Source of the DNA: an uncultured Planctomycetaceae bacterium
GTDB taxonomy: Bacteria; Planctomycetota; Planctomycetia; Isosphaerales; Isosphaeraceae
Assembly (NCBI GenBank): GCA_963833985.1
Contig: CAWIAD010000002.1
Coordinates: 1,600,001-1,664,000, forward strand
Direction: 5' to 3'
DNA length: 64,000 nucleotides
A model generated the notes under the pieces. It worked only from the letters and a program-made list of their open reading frames with translations, did no database searches and had not been told where the DNA came from. Position numbers and translations under genes: made by a program. Shown here piece after piece: positions 33,898-44,068 of this stretch; positions within the stretch are counted from its first letter, which is position 1, and every line of letters begins with the position of its first letter.

Positions 33898-33988
33898 GCT
33901 GACTGGAAAGACGCCTCGACCCGAGACGCGCCTTGCCGTACTCGCGGGGGCAGGGAAGACGTGTAGAGGGTTCCGGTCGAGCCTCGCC

Positions 33989-34762
33989 TCAGCGCACGGC
34001 TCCGCCGTTGATGCGGACGATCTGCCCCGTCACGAACGCCGCCTCCGGGCTGACGAGAAACCGCGCCACGCGCGCGACGTCCTCGGGCGTGCCCCAGCGG
34101 GCCAGGGGGGTCTCGCGGAGCACGCGCTTTTGCCAGGCGGATGAGGCGGACTGACCCCAGGCGGTCTGGATCCAGCCGGGTGCCAGCGCGTTCACGCGGA
34201 CCTCCGGCGCCAGGCTGAGAGCCAGGCTGCGCGTGAAAGCCATGATCGCGCCCTTGGTCGCGGCGAAGAGCTCGCCGGAGTCTCCCTCCATGCCGGTCTC
34301 GGCCTGGTCCCAGCCCATCGTCAGGATGGCGCCTTGGCCTTGCGCCTTCATCCGCCGGCCGACCTCGCGGCACAGACGGATGGTCGCGGCCACGTCGACG
34401 GCCCAGAGCAGATCGAGCTTGTCATCGAACGAGAGCCCCGCGTGCGCGCCGGTGAGCGTATCGGCACCGGCAAACTGGAGCCAGGCGTCCAGGCCGTTCC
34501 AGACGCTCCAGGCCTCTGCGACCAGGCGGTCGCCCGCGGCGCGGTCGGCCAGGTCGGCCATGAGGACTTCCGAGCGGACGCCGCGCGATTGCAGCTCCCG
34601 CGCGAGTGTCTCGGCAGACTCGATGGACCGGTGGCCGTGAACGATGACATGGACGCCGGCCTCGGCCAGGGCCATGGCCACCGCCCGGCCGATGCCCGAG
34701 GTGGAGCCCAGCACCGCGGCCCGCAGTCCACGCAACGACGCCGATGCTGCTTCCTGGGTCAT
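33989..34762 (-). CDS. SDR-family oxidoreductase with non-canonical active site
   Basis: GSTSGIG, HGHRS, FAATK in place of YxxxK, VRVNALAPGWI, TGQIVRINGG. Confidence 0.85.
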   Translation of the reverse strand: MTQEAASASLRGLRAAVLGSTSGIGRAVAMALAEAGVHVIVHGHRSIESAETLARELQSRGVRSEVLMADLADRAAGDRLVAEAWSVWNGLDAWLQFAGADTLTGAHAGLSFDDKLDLLWAVDVAATIRLCREVGRRMKAQGQGAILTMGWDQAETGMEGDSGELFAATKGAIMAFTRSLALSLAPEVRVNALAPGWIQTAWGQSASSAWQKRVLRETPLARWGTPEDVARVARFLVSPEAAFVTGQIVRINGGAVR

Positions 34763-34880
34763 GGTCCGTGCCACGTGCACAAGGGGCTGAACGGACTGGC
34801 CCCGCGCCGTCCGCCTGGCATACAGTGATCCTCGTTCACGCTAACCGGGATGGAATGAAGACGGCAAGCAGAGAGTGCTC

Positions 34881-36082
34881 ATGATAAGGTTCCTCGCGCG
34901 AGTGGGCCGTGTCGCCGGCTGGCTGAAAACGGCATGGCTGATCCTGGGCGTGACGCTCGTGCTCGTCGTGTTGCTGGAGCTGGCGCTCCGCGGGGCCTTC
35001 TGGCTGAAGGACCGCGGCAGACCGCAGGTTCCTCCGGACCCGCTCGTGCTCGCGGCGATCCCCGACAGCAGGCTCTGGTTGCCGGTCCATTACCAGGAGC
35101 TGGCGGACCTTTCCGACCGCTGGCAGCCCTACGTGTATTTTCGCCAGCGCCCCTTCCTGGGCAAGACGATCACCGTTCAGGACGACGGCACGCGCGCGAC
35201 CTGGCAACCGCCGCCCCTTGCCGGCGCCGGGGCCGGCGGCAAGCCGCTGAAGATCCTCATGCTCGGCGGCTCATCGCTCTGGGGCTACGGTGCCAGGGAT
35301 GATGAGACGATTCCCTCGCTGGTTGGCGCGGGCTGCACGAACGGGGCGTCCGCGCCGAGGTCAGGAACCTCGCGGAGATCGGTTATGTGAACACACAAGA
35401 GATGATCGCACTTGTGCGGGAATTGCAGCAGGGCTACCGCCCGGACCTCGTGCTCTTCTACGATGGCGTCAACGACACGACCTCCGCACTGCTCGAGCGG
35501 CAGCCCACGGTGACGACCAACGAGCGGAACCGGGTGCGCGAGTTCAACATCCTCCAGTCGCCCCGGCGGCTGGCGTCGGCCCTGGCCGGAAACGTGATCC
35601 GGAGCTCCGCCCTGTACCGGTTCGCCCGGTCGCTCGGTCGGCGGTCGGCCCTGGCGCAGGATTGGGGAATCGGGGCGGCCGGCGAGACGAACCTGGACGG
35701 CCTGGCCATGGGGGTCGTCGATGGCTACGCGGCCAACGTGCGGCTCTTGGAGGTACTGGGCAAGTCGTACGGGTTCCGCTCCCTGTTCGTCTGGCAACCG
35801 GACATCTTCACGAAGCCGAAGCTGGTGCCGTTCGAGACGGCGGAGGAGGCGAAGTACGGCTGGGCCAGCGCGATCTTCGCGGAAGTGCACGAGCAGATCG
35901 AGAATGCCAAGGAGCTTCGTACCAACCCACGTTTCATGAACCTGAGCGGGATCTTCGCCGACTCCGAGACCCTGGAGTTCCTCGACTTCTGCCATACGAC
36001 GGAAGCGGCGAACGCGAGGATCGCCGCAGTGCTGGCCGCGCGGCTGGTCGAGATCGCCAGGACCAGCACGGCGGCTAATTAG
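34881..36082 (+). CDS. Membrane-anchored SGNH/GDSL hydrolase-like protein (frameshift near 35325)
   Basis: N-terminal TM; LGGSSLWG, YDGVND, DFCH; stop TAG lies inside the family-1 repeat. Confidence 0.75.
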
Positions 36083-36180
36083 CTCCCCGTAAGAGGGAAA
36101 GTGTGGAACGGCCGCCCTCGGCCGTCCTGAGCCAGCCGAGGGCGGCTGGCCCACATTCCAAGAGGCGAGGATCTGTTTAG
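36075..36180 (+). mobile_element. 106-bp MITE/REPIN-like element, family 1, copy 2
   Basis: Two differences from copy 3. Confidence 0.85.
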
Positions 36181-36210
36181 TCCGGAAAACTGAGGCATCC
36201 CGTCGCTGGT

Positions 36211-36239
36211 TTGACACGTCCGGGACCCTCTGGGAGAAT
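36211..36239 (+). promoter_or_regulatory. Putative sigma70 promoter of the fhc operon
   Basis: TTGACA-17 bp-GAGAAT with extended -10 TG, about 70 bp upstream of fhcB. Confidence 0.6.
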
Positions 36240-36311
36240 CACGGTCGATCGGGGCGACCGCGGGATCGCCAGGCGAGCCGTCCCGAGCCGCCAGGATTTG
36301 CGAGTCCCGCC

Positions 36312-37676
36312 ATGATGAGCGACCAGGAACCGTCCGGCGAGGTGGATCGCGTACTCGCAGCGCCCGTCGTCGTCGACGACGCCTTCACCTGCCTGGCCTG
36401 CGGCTGCCTGTGCGACGATCTGCGCGTGGTCGCGGAGGGAGAGCGCATCACGGAAGCGGGCAACGCGTGCGCGCTCGGAATGGAGTGGCTGCTGCGGGAC
36501 CGGACCTGGAAACCCGGCGCACCCACCGCCTGGATCGGAGCACATCCGGCCGCGGAGGCAGAAGCCGCGGCGCACGCGGCGCAGTTGCTGCTGAAGGCGA
36601 AGGCGCCCGTCATCCTCGGGCTGGGGCGGTCGACGAACGAGACCGTGGCGGCCGCACTGGCGCTGGCCGATCGGGTCGGGGCAAGCATCGAGCCGGACGG
36701 AGGGCTTGCCTCCGAAGCGCGGATCATTGCGTTCCAGCGTGCCGGCAGGGTCTCCGCCACGCTGGGCGAGGTGAAGAACCGGGCCGATGTCGTCGTCTTC
36801 TGGGGCACCGATCCGCTGACCACTCATCCGCGACACTGGGACCGGTACTCGGTGGAACCGCGCGGACGATTCGTTCCAGAGGGCCGGGCCGGCCGGTCGG
36901 TCATCGTCGTTGATCAGGCACGAACCACCACGGCGGAGCGTGCCGATCACTTTCTTCAGATTGACGCCGGCCGCCAGTTCCAGGTTCTCTGGACACTGCG
37001 CGCGCTGGGGCGTGGCGCGGCGCTGGACGAGGCGCGCGTCCGCGCGCACACCGGGCTCGATCGCGCTGTTCTGGACGAGCTTGTCAGCCGGCTCAAGACC
37101 GCGCGTTATGGCGCCTTCTTTCACGGGCCGATGCTGGCTTCGGGCACGCTCTCCGAGGCGACGGCCAATCTCGAAGCCGCACACGGGCTGGTCCGCGACC
37201 TGAACCACGGGCGGCGGTTCGTGATTCTGGGCATGGGTGAGCCCGGCAACTTGCCCGGGGCCGAGGCCGTTTCAACCTGGCAGACAGGATTTCCGTCGAA
37301 CATTGACTACTCGGCCGGCTCTCCCAGGTCGCTGCCGGGCGTGACCGATGCCGGCCGGCGGCTCGCGTGGGGACAGGCTGACCTGGCGGTCATCGTGGGT
37401 GGGCTGTCGCCCGGGCAGCTCGAAGCCGAGGCCCGCGCCGGTTTGCCGTCGGTTCCGTTGATCGTGATCGCACCCCCGGAGGATGCTGGCTGGCCCGCGG
37501 AGGCGGCCGCCGTCCGGTGCTTCGCGGCGGCGCCGGGAGTGGAGGAAGCGGGAACGGTCACGCGGGTGGACGGGGTCTCGCTGCCACTGCGGCCGGTCCT
37601 CACGACGAGCTTGCCCTCGGTACGGGCCTGGCTCGAGGCGATCAGGGAGCGCATTGACCTCCTGAGAAGCGAGTGA
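36312..37676 (+). CDS. fhcB: Formyltransferase/hydrolase complex subunit B (FmdB/FwdB-like)
   Basis: CLACGCLCDD, ATLGEVKNRADVVVFWG, HPRH..RY, WQTGFP, RVDGVSLPL. Confidence 0.88.
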   Translation: MMSDQEPSGEVDRVLAAPVVVDDAFTCLACGCLCDDLRVVAEGERITEAGNACALGMEWLLRDRTWKPGAPTAWIGAHPAAEAEAAAHAAQLLLKAKAPVILGLGRSTNETVAAALALADRVGASIEPDGGLASEARIIAFQRAGRVSATLGEVKNRADVVVFWGTDPLTTHPRHWDRYSVEPRGRFVPEGRAGRSVIVVDQARTTTAERADHFLQIDAGRQFQVLWTLRALGRGAALDEARVRAHTGLDRAVLDELVSRLKTARYGAFFHGPMLASGTLSEATANLEAAHGLVRDLNHGRRFVILGMGEPGNLPGAEAVSTWQTGFPSNIDYSAGSPRSLPGVTDAGRRLAWGQADLAVIVGGLSPGQLEAEARAGLPSVPLIVIAPPEDAGWPAEAAAVRCFAAAPGVEEAGTVTRVDGVSLPLRPVLTTSLPSVRAWLEAIRERIDLLRSE

Positions 37677-37681
37677 TCGCG

Positions 37682-39361
37682 ATGCCAATGTTGCACATCG
37701 CCGGCGGACGCGTGATTGACCCGGAGAACGGCGTCGACGGGGTTCGCGACATCTGGATCGAGGATGGCCGCGTGATCCCGGCGCCTGCCGATCCCGGCAC
37801 GAAGGCTGACCGCATCATCGACGCGCGCGGCTACGTGGTGATGCCCGGCGGCGTGGACGTCCATTCGCACATCGCGGGTGCCAAGGTCAACGGCGCGCGG
37901 ATGCTCCGTCCCGAGGAACGGCGTACCCCTGATGCCGCCTGGCCGCGCAGGGAGGGCTTCCGCTCTGGGACCTGCGGCAGCGTCCCCAGCAGCTTCGTGA
38001 CGGGCTACCAGTATGCCGCGATGGGCTACACGACCGCGGCCGATGCGGCCATCCCGCCGCTGGGTGCGCGCCAGGCCCATGCCGAGTTCCGCGACACGCC
38101 GCTCATTGATAAGCTGATGCTCATATTGATGGGAAACCATCATGCCATCCTGGACCGGGTGGCAGCCGGCGATCCCGAGCGGCTGCGGCAGACGGTGGCG
38201 TGGCTGCTGCGCGCGACGAGGGGATTCGGCGTCAAGGTTGTCAATCCGGGCGGCGTGGAGCAGTGGAAGCAGGGCGGAACGCGGCTGGCGGCCTGGGACG
38301 ACACGGTCGACCACTTCGGCGTCACCCCGCGGCAGATTGCCGCCGGCCTTGCCCGCGCCGTCGATGAGCTGGCGCTGCCGCATCCGGTGCACCTGCACGG
38401 CATGAACCTGGGCGTGCCGGGCAACTGGGAGACGACGCTCGAGGGGATGCGGGCGCTCGACGGCCACCGCGCGCACCTGGCGCACGTCCAGTTCCACAGC
38501 TACGGCGGCACGGCCGATCAGACGGGTGAGTTCGGATCGATGGTCGGCCCGCTGGCCGACTACCTGAACGCGCACGCTGGGCTGACCGTGGACGTCGGCC
38601 AGGTGCTCTTCGGTGAGACCACCAGCATGACGGCCGACGGCCGCGTGGGCCAGTACCTGGCCGATCTCACCGGGCGGAAGTGGCTGAGCCTCGACGTGGA
38701 GCAGGAGGACGGGTGCGGCGTGGTGCCGATCACTTATGACAGCCGGAACCAGGTGCATGCGCTCCAGTGGGCGATTGGACTGGAGTGGTTCCTCAGGGTC
38801 GACGATCCCTGGCGGATCTGCCTGTCCACGGATCATCCGAACGGGGGATCGTTCCTGGCGTATCCCCTGATCATGGCCTTGCTCATGGACCGCGGGCTGC
38901 GGGCCGAAGTGATGTCCACGCTGCCGCAGGCGGTGCAAGAACGTTGCGGCCTGCGCGATCTGGCTCGCGAGTACAGCCTCTCCGAGATCGCGGTCATCAC
39001 CCGGGCCGCACCGGCGCGCATCCTGGGGCTGGAACGGAAGGGCCATCTCGGCCCCGGCGCTGATGCCGATGTGACGGTCTACGCCCCGGATGACGACCGG
39101 CGGCGGATGTTCGCCCTGCCGCGCTACGTGATCAAGGCCGGCGCGGTGGTGGTGGACGACGGTGAGCTGAGATCCTCGCCGCTGGGCGCCACGCTGGTCG
39201 TGGAACCGGAGGTCGATGCGACCGCGTCCGCGGAGCTCGACGCCTGGCTGGCCCGCGAGGCCTCCGTGCATCCGCGGAACTTCGCGATCGGGCCCGGCGA
39301 GGTGAGCCAGCCGCGGACAATCGGCGCCCGGACCGGTGGCCAGACGCAAGCGTCCACTTGA
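37682..39361 (+). CDS. fhcA: Formyltransferase/hydrolase complex subunit A (amidohydrolase, FmdA-like)
   Basis: PGGVDVHSHIAG, GVKVVNPGG, HLHGMNLG.PGN, QFHSYGG, STDHPNG, TRAAPA. Confidence 0.93.
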   Translation: MPMLHIAGGRVIDPENGVDGVRDIWIEDGRVIPAPADPGTKADRIIDARGYVVMPGGVDVHSHIAGAKVNGARMLRPEERRTPDAAWPRREGFRSGTCGSVPSSFVTGYQYAAMGYTTAADAAIPPLGARQAHAEFRDTPLIDKLMLILMGNHHAILDRVAAGDPERLRQTVAWLLRATRGFGVKVVNPGGVEQWKQGGTRLAAWDDTVDHFGVTPRQIAAGLARAVDELALPHPVHLHGMNLGVPGNWETTLEGMRALDGHRAHLAHVQFHSYGGTADQTGEFGSMVGPLADYLNAHAGLTVDVGQVLFGETTSMTADGRVGQYLADLTGRKWLSLDVEQEDGCGVVPITYDSRNQVHALQWAIGLEWFLRVDDPWRICLSTDHPNGGSFLAYPLIMALLMDRGLRAEVMSTLPQAVQERCGLRDLAREYSLSEIAVITRAAPARILGLERKGHLGPGADADVTVYAPDDDRRRMFALPRYVIKAGAVVVDDGELRSSPLGATLVVEPEVDATASAELDAWLAREASVHPRNFAIGPGEVSQPRTIGARTGGQTQAST

Positions 39362-39399
39362 TTGCAGGGGCGGACGCCGCGGATCGATAGGAATGAACC

Positions 39400-40344
39400 A
39401 TGCAGCTTGACGGCGTGACGATTGTGGATACGTTTGCCGAGGCATTTCCGATGACCGCGGCGCGGGCGATCGTCACGGCGGATTCCGCGGCCTGGGCGGA
39501 GATCGCCGGCCGGACCATGAGCGGCTACGCGACGAGCGTGATCGCCTGCGACGCCGAGGCGGCGATCGAGCGCGTGCTCCGCGAGGAGGAAACGCCGGAC
39601 GGCCGGCCCGGCGTGAGCGTTCTGCTCTTTGCCTTCAACCGCGAGGCACTCGAAAAAGCGCTGGTGAACCGGGTGGGCCAGTGCGTGATGACCTGCCCCA
39701 CGACCGCGTGTTACAACGGTTTGCCGATCTCGGAGAAGACGATCAACGTCGGCGGCCGCCTGCGCTATTTCGGCGACGGCTGGCAGATCTCCAAGCGGCT
39801 GGCCGGTCGGCGGTACTGGCGCGTGCCGGTGATGGACGGCGAGTTCACCTGCGAGGAAACCTTCGGCACAACCAAGGGCGTGGCCGGCGGCAACCTGATC
39901 CTCATGGGAACCGATGCCGCGCAGACCCTCGCCGCAACCGAGACGGCCGTGCGCGCGATGCGCGCGGTACGCGGGGTGATCTTGCCGTTTCCCGGGGGCA
40001 TTGCGCGGTCGGGCTCGAAGGTGGGCAGCAAGTACAAGGCCTTGCGGGCGAGCACGAACACGGCTTTCGCGCCCACGCTGCGCGGGCTGGTGACGAGTGA
40101 GATGCCGGCGGAGGTGCGGTGCGTTTACGAGATCGTCATCGACGGGCTCTCGCTCGACGGCGTCGAGCAGGCCACGGCGGCTGGCATTCGCGCCGGGGCA
40201 AAGGGCGCGAAAGGTATCGTGGCGATCACCGCGGGAAACTACGGGGGCAAGCTGGGCCCGTTCCACATCCGCCTGCACGATGTGCTGACGCGGCATGGAG
40301 CAGGCAGCGCACCGACGCTGTTCGAGACCCCGGAAAGGATGTGA
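39400..40344 (+). CDS. fhcD: Formylmethanofuran--H4MPT N-formyltransferase (Ftr)
   Basis: DTFAEAF, TPDGRPG, RVGQCVMTCPTTA, YFGDG, GVAGGN, SGSKVGS, AGNYGGKLG. Confidence 0.95.
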   Translation: MQLDGVTIVDTFAEAFPMTAARAIVTADSAAWAEIAGRTMSGYATSVIACDAEAAIERVLREEETPDGRPGVSVLLFAFNREALEKALVNRVGQCVMTCPTTACYNGLPISEKTINVGGRLRYFGDGWQISKRLAGRRYWRVPVMDGEFTCEETFGTTKGVAGGNLILMGTDAAQTLAATETAVRAMRAVRGVILPFPGGIARSGSKVGSKYKALRASTNTAFAPTLRGLVTSEMPAEVRCVYEIVIDGLSLDGVEQATAAGIRAGAKGAKGIVAITAGNYGGKLGPFHIRLHDVLTRHGAGSAPTLFETPERM

Positions 40345-40348
40345 CGCG

Positions 40349-41182
40349 ATGCCGCTCGTTCTCAAATGGCGTGGCGCGACGGTGCTGCCGGTGGATGGAT
40401 CGGGCCTCTCTCCCGAGAGCTGCCGCGACCGTGCGCCGGACGAGGTGAAGCGCAGGCGTCTGCCGCTGGGCAACACCAGCGTGGAACTGGGCGAGCTGTT
40501 TCAGGTCGCGGGAACGAAGGGCGACGAGGAGCTCGTGGTCGAAGGCGACGTACGCCGCGTGCACGATCTGGGGTGCCGGATGGGGTTGGGACTCCTGCGT
40601 GTTCACGGTGACGCCGGGCCGCAACTCGGGGCCGGAATGACGGGGGGAACCATCATCGTGACTGGCTCCGTGGGAGACTGGGCCGGGGCGGAGATGGGCG
40701 GAGGGAAGCTGTCGATCCGTGGCGACGCCGGCGCGTTCCTTGGCGCGGCGTACCCGGGCAGCCGGCGGGGGATGCGCGAGGGAGTGATCCTGGTGGACGG
40801 ATCCGTGGGCGACGATGCGGGGCTCCAGATGCGCCGGGGTCTGATCGCCATCCGCGGTTCGGCCGGCGGAGGTGTGGGGCGGTCGATGATCGCGGGCACG
40901 ATCGTGGTGCTGGGGCCGGCCGGGCCGCGCCTCGGTGCGGGAATGAAGCGCGGCACTCTGGTCCTGCCCGGGCTGGAAGGCCCGCCCGAGGAGCACATTC
41001 TGCCCACGTTCGCATATGCCGGCCGGTTCCCCTGTCCCTTTCTGGCAATCTATTGCCGACAGCTTGCCGCCTGGGGATTCGCAGTGCCCGCACAGGTTCC
41101 GCTGGCCACGCTGGACCGCTACAATGGAGACCTGGCAACCGGCGGAAGGGGAGAGATCCTGGCCGGGCACGGCCTGAAATGA
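40349..41182 (+). CDS. fhcC: Formyltransferase/hydrolase complex subunit C (GXGXG beta-helix)
   Basis: Repeated G..M.GG.I.V.G motifs, GAGMKRGT, C-terminal GDLATGGRGEIL. Confidence 0.92.
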   Translation: MPLVLKWRGATVLPVDGSGLSPESCRDRAPDEVKRRRLPLGNTSVELGELFQVAGTKGDEELVVEGDVRRVHDLGCRMGLGLLRVHGDAGPQLGAGMTGGTIIVTGSVGDWAGAEMGGGKLSIRGDAGAFLGAAYPGSRRGMREGVILVDGSVGDDAGLQMRRGLIAIRGSAGGGVGRSMIAGTIVVLGPAGPRLGAGMKRGTLVLPGLEGPPEEHILPTFAYAGRFPCPFLAIYCRQLAAWGFAVPAQVPLATLDRYNGDLATGGRGEILAGHGLK

Positions 41183-41209
41183 GGCACGACCGAGAGGGGG
41201 GCCGGTACG

Positions 41210-42160
41210 ATGACGATGTCCATGAACCGTCGCGCCCTCTGGCTGGTCGAGGCGCTGCTGGCTCACGGGCACGAGCGGCGGGCGATCCTGCACCTCATCG
41301 AAGGAGGGGGAAGGTACATTGATTGCGGGATCGAAGCCCGTGGGGGGCTGCACGTGGGGATGGACCTGGCCCGGATCTGCCTGGGTGACCTGGCCACGGT
41401 GAGCATTGTTCCCGGCGAGGTCGCGGCACGGCCCGTGCCCGTGGTGCAGGTGGTCACCGACCATCCAGTCCAGGCCTGTCTCGCCGGGCAGTATGCCGGC
41501 TGGGCCATCAGCGAGGGCAAGTACTTCGCCATGGGTTCCGGTCCCATGCGGGCGGTGCGGGGAAAGGAACCGATCTACGATGTGATCGGCTTCCGCGAAA
41601 CCGAAAATGCCGTGGTCGGCGTGCTGGAGACCCGCAAGGCGCCAACACCCGACGTGGTGGCGGCCGTGGCGAAGGAGTGCCGTGTGCTGTCCTCGGCGGT
41701 GACGCTGCTGGCCGCGCCCACGGCCAGCCTGGCCGGCGGCGTGCAGGTGGTGGCGCGCTCGGTCGAGACTGCACTGCACAAGCTGGCGGAGCTGAAGTTC
41801 GACCTGGGACGGATTCATTCCGCGCACGGCACGGCGCCATTGCCACCCGTGGCCGCCGATGACCTCGCCGCCATAGGCCGGACCAACGACGCGGTGCTCT
41901 ACGGGGCCCGCGTGGTCCTCTTCGTCACGGGCGACGACGCCAGCCTGGAGGAAGTTGGACCGCGGGTCCCGTCGTCTTCCTCCAGGGATCACGGTGAGCC
42001 GTTCGCGGCGATCTTCGAGCGCTATAATCATGATTTCTACGCCGTCGATCCTCTCCTCTTCAGCCCCGCCGAGGTGGTCTTCCAGAACCTGGAAACCGGT
42101 CGCAGCCATGCCTTCGGATCGCTGGAGCCCGAGGTGCTGCGGCAGTCCTTCTGGAATTGA
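41210..42160 (+). CDS. mch: Methenyltetrahydromethanopterin cyclohydrolase
   Basis: ACLAGQYAGW, MGSGPMRA, APTASLAGGVQVVARSVE.ALHK, RTNDAVLYG, FYAVDPLLFSPA. Confidence 0.95.
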   Translation: MTMSMNRRALWLVEALLAHGHERRAILHLIEGGGRYIDCGIEARGGLHVGMDLARICLGDLATVSIVPGEVAARPVPVVQVVTDHPVQACLAGQYAGWAISEGKYFAMGSGPMRAVRGKEPIYDVIGFRETENAVVGVLETRKAPTPDVVAAVAKECRVLSSAVTLLAAPTASLAGGVQVVARSVETALHKLAELKFDLGRIHSAHGTAPLPPVAADDLAAIGRTNDAVLYGARVVLFVTGDDASLEEVGPRVPSSSSRDHGEPFAAIFERYNHDFYAVDPLLFSPAEVVFQNLETGRSHAFGSLEPEVLRQSFWN

Positions 42161-42234
42161 CCGCTCCGGCGGCCATGCCCTGGTTTGAATGACGACGTGA
42201 GATGAGCTGAGCCCTCGCCGGACCGGTATCGCCG

Positions 42235-43122
42235 ATGACCCCACTTGTCGCCCTGGTTTCCGGTACCGGCTGGCATGTCGCCGACCTCCTGCGTGCGGCC
42301 CGAACGCTCGATGTCCGGCTCCAGGCCATGCCGTTCGCCGAAGTGTCGGCCCAGATTGGCGGAGCGCGGCAGAAGGTCCTTGCCGGCGGCGTCGAGCTGA
42401 CCGAAGCCGCGGGTGTGCTGGTGCGCATGATGCCGCCGGGGAGCCTGGAGCAGGTGGTTTTCCGGATGGATGCGCTGCACCGCGTGGCGGCAGCCGGCGT
42501 GCCGGTCTGGAACCCTCCCCGGGCCGTGGAGGCGGCCGTTGATAAATACCTGACGCTGGCCTTGCTGGACCAGGCCGGCCTGCCCGTGCCGGCCACCTGG
42601 ACGGGCCAGACCGCCGCCCAGGCGCTCGAGGCCTTCGACCGCCTTGGCGGCGATGTCATCGTCAAACCGCTCTTCGGCTCCGAGGGCAGGGGGCTGATCC
42701 GCCTGAGCGATCGTGAGCTGGCCTGGCGCGCGCTGCACGCGCTGGAGCGCCAGGGCGCGGTACTCTATCTCCAGCGGGTGGTTCGCCATCCGGGGCACGA
42801 CCTGCGCGTCTTCGTGCTGCGGGGACACGTGCTCGCAGCGATGCGCCGGTTTGCCGCGGCCGGGGAGTGGAGGACGAACGTGTCGCTGGGCGGCCGGGCC
42901 GAGGCCGTCGCGCTCGACGCGGAGGCGAGCCGGCTGGCGCTCGCGGCCGCCTTGGCACTTGGTGCGGAACTGGCAGGAGTGGACCTGGTGCAAGACATGG
43001 ACCAGGGGAGCTGGACCGTCCTGGAAGTGAACGCCGTGCCGGGCTGGCGGGCGCTGGCGCGAGTGACGGGAATCGACGTGGCGGCCGCCATTCTTTGCGC
43101 CCTGCGGGACGCCGGCAAATGA
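42235..43122 (+). CDS. RimK-family ATP-grasp glutamate ligase (Orf5 type)
   Basis: GSLEQVVFRMDAL, VKPLFGSEGRG, DLRVFV, WRTNVSLG, AGVD, LEVNAVPGW; follows mch. Confidence 0.88.
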   Translation: MTPLVALVSGTGWHVADLLRAARTLDVRLQAMPFAEVSAQIGGARQKVLAGGVELTEAAGVLVRMMPPGSLEQVVFRMDALHRVAAAGVPVWNPPRAVEAAVDKYLTLALLDQAGLPVPATWTGQTAAQALEAFDRLGGDVIVKPLFGSEGRGLIRLSDRELAWRALHALERQGAVLYLQRVVRHPGHDLRVFVLRGHVLAAMRRFAAAGEWRTNVSLGGRAEAVALDAEASRLALAAALALGAELAGVDLVQDMDQGSWTVLEVNAVPGWRALARVTGIDVAAAILCALRDAGK

Positions 43123-44030
43123 AAGAGCGGAACCATCCAGACGCGGTGGGCGGTGCGCGGGACTTTCCCCGGGCCGGCTGGCCGAGATGGCCTGCCTGCT
43201 GGAGGCCACGGCGCGGAAGCCGGGCAATGTGCATCGCTTCGCCGATTTCCCGGATCTGCACTATCTCGATTTCCTGCTCAGCGCAACGGCCATCCGCGGT
43301 CCGCTCGACGAGGCCCACGAGCGCGGTATCGGCGCCACCGTGCTTGCCGCCGTGCAGGCGACCCGGGACGTCGTCAGCACCAATACCAACCTCGGCATGA
43401 TCCTTGTGCTCGCACCCCTGGCGGCCGTCCCACGTGGAGCTCGACCTGGCGGCAGGCCTGGAGCGTCTGCTGGAGTCGGCCACGGGTGAGGATGCGGCCC
43501 TGGTCTACCGGGCCATCCGCCTGGCGAACCCTGGAGGCATGGGCCGAGTGGAAGCGCAGGATCTGGCTGCCGAGCCCACGCTCCCACTTCGCGCGGTGAT
43601 GGCTCTGGCGGCTGATCGCGACCTGGTTGCCAGGCAGTACGTCAACGGCTTCCATGAAGTCCTTCAGGAGCTTCTGCCGGCGCTCCGGGGGGCACTGGGC
43701 GCCGGCCTGCCGCTGGAGACCGCGATCATCGCCACCGCGCTGGAGACCCTCGCCCGGCATCCTGATTCGCTCATCGTCCGCAAGGCAGGCCTGGATGCCG
43801 CGATGCGCGTCTCGAGCCAGGCCGCGGAGGTGCTCATAGCAGGATGGCCGGGGACGAGCCTGGGCGAGGATCGCATGCTTGAGCTGGAAGCCGCCCTGAG
43901 GCGTGAGAGTCGCCAGTACAACCCGGGGACGACGGCCGACCTGGTGACCGCGGCCTTGTTCGCCGCCCTGCGTGATGGGACAATTCGCTTACCCCTTGCC
44001 GCCACCTCCGCGCGCTGGTCCGTTCCCTGA
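43119..44030 (+). CDS. citG: Triphosphoribosyl-dephospho-CoA synthase-like protein (Orf7 type; frameshifts near 43160 and 43440)
   Basis: EATARKPGNVH, NTNLGMIL..APL, PDSLIVRK, NPGTTADL. Confidence 0.82.
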
Positions 44031-44068
44031 GGCGGCAAGCCGTTCAGACCCTCAGGAGCCTGCCCGCC

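Noticed and set aside
36312..42160. Methanogenesis or archaeal origin of the contig
   Set aside because: No mcr, mtr or fmdD; the surrounding genes are planctomycete-type and fhcBADC is the bacterial arrangement.
37307..42244. Long minus-strand ORFs (712, 450 and 672 aa)
   Set aside because: Antisense shadows of the well-supported fhc/mch genes in high-GC DNA; no motifs.
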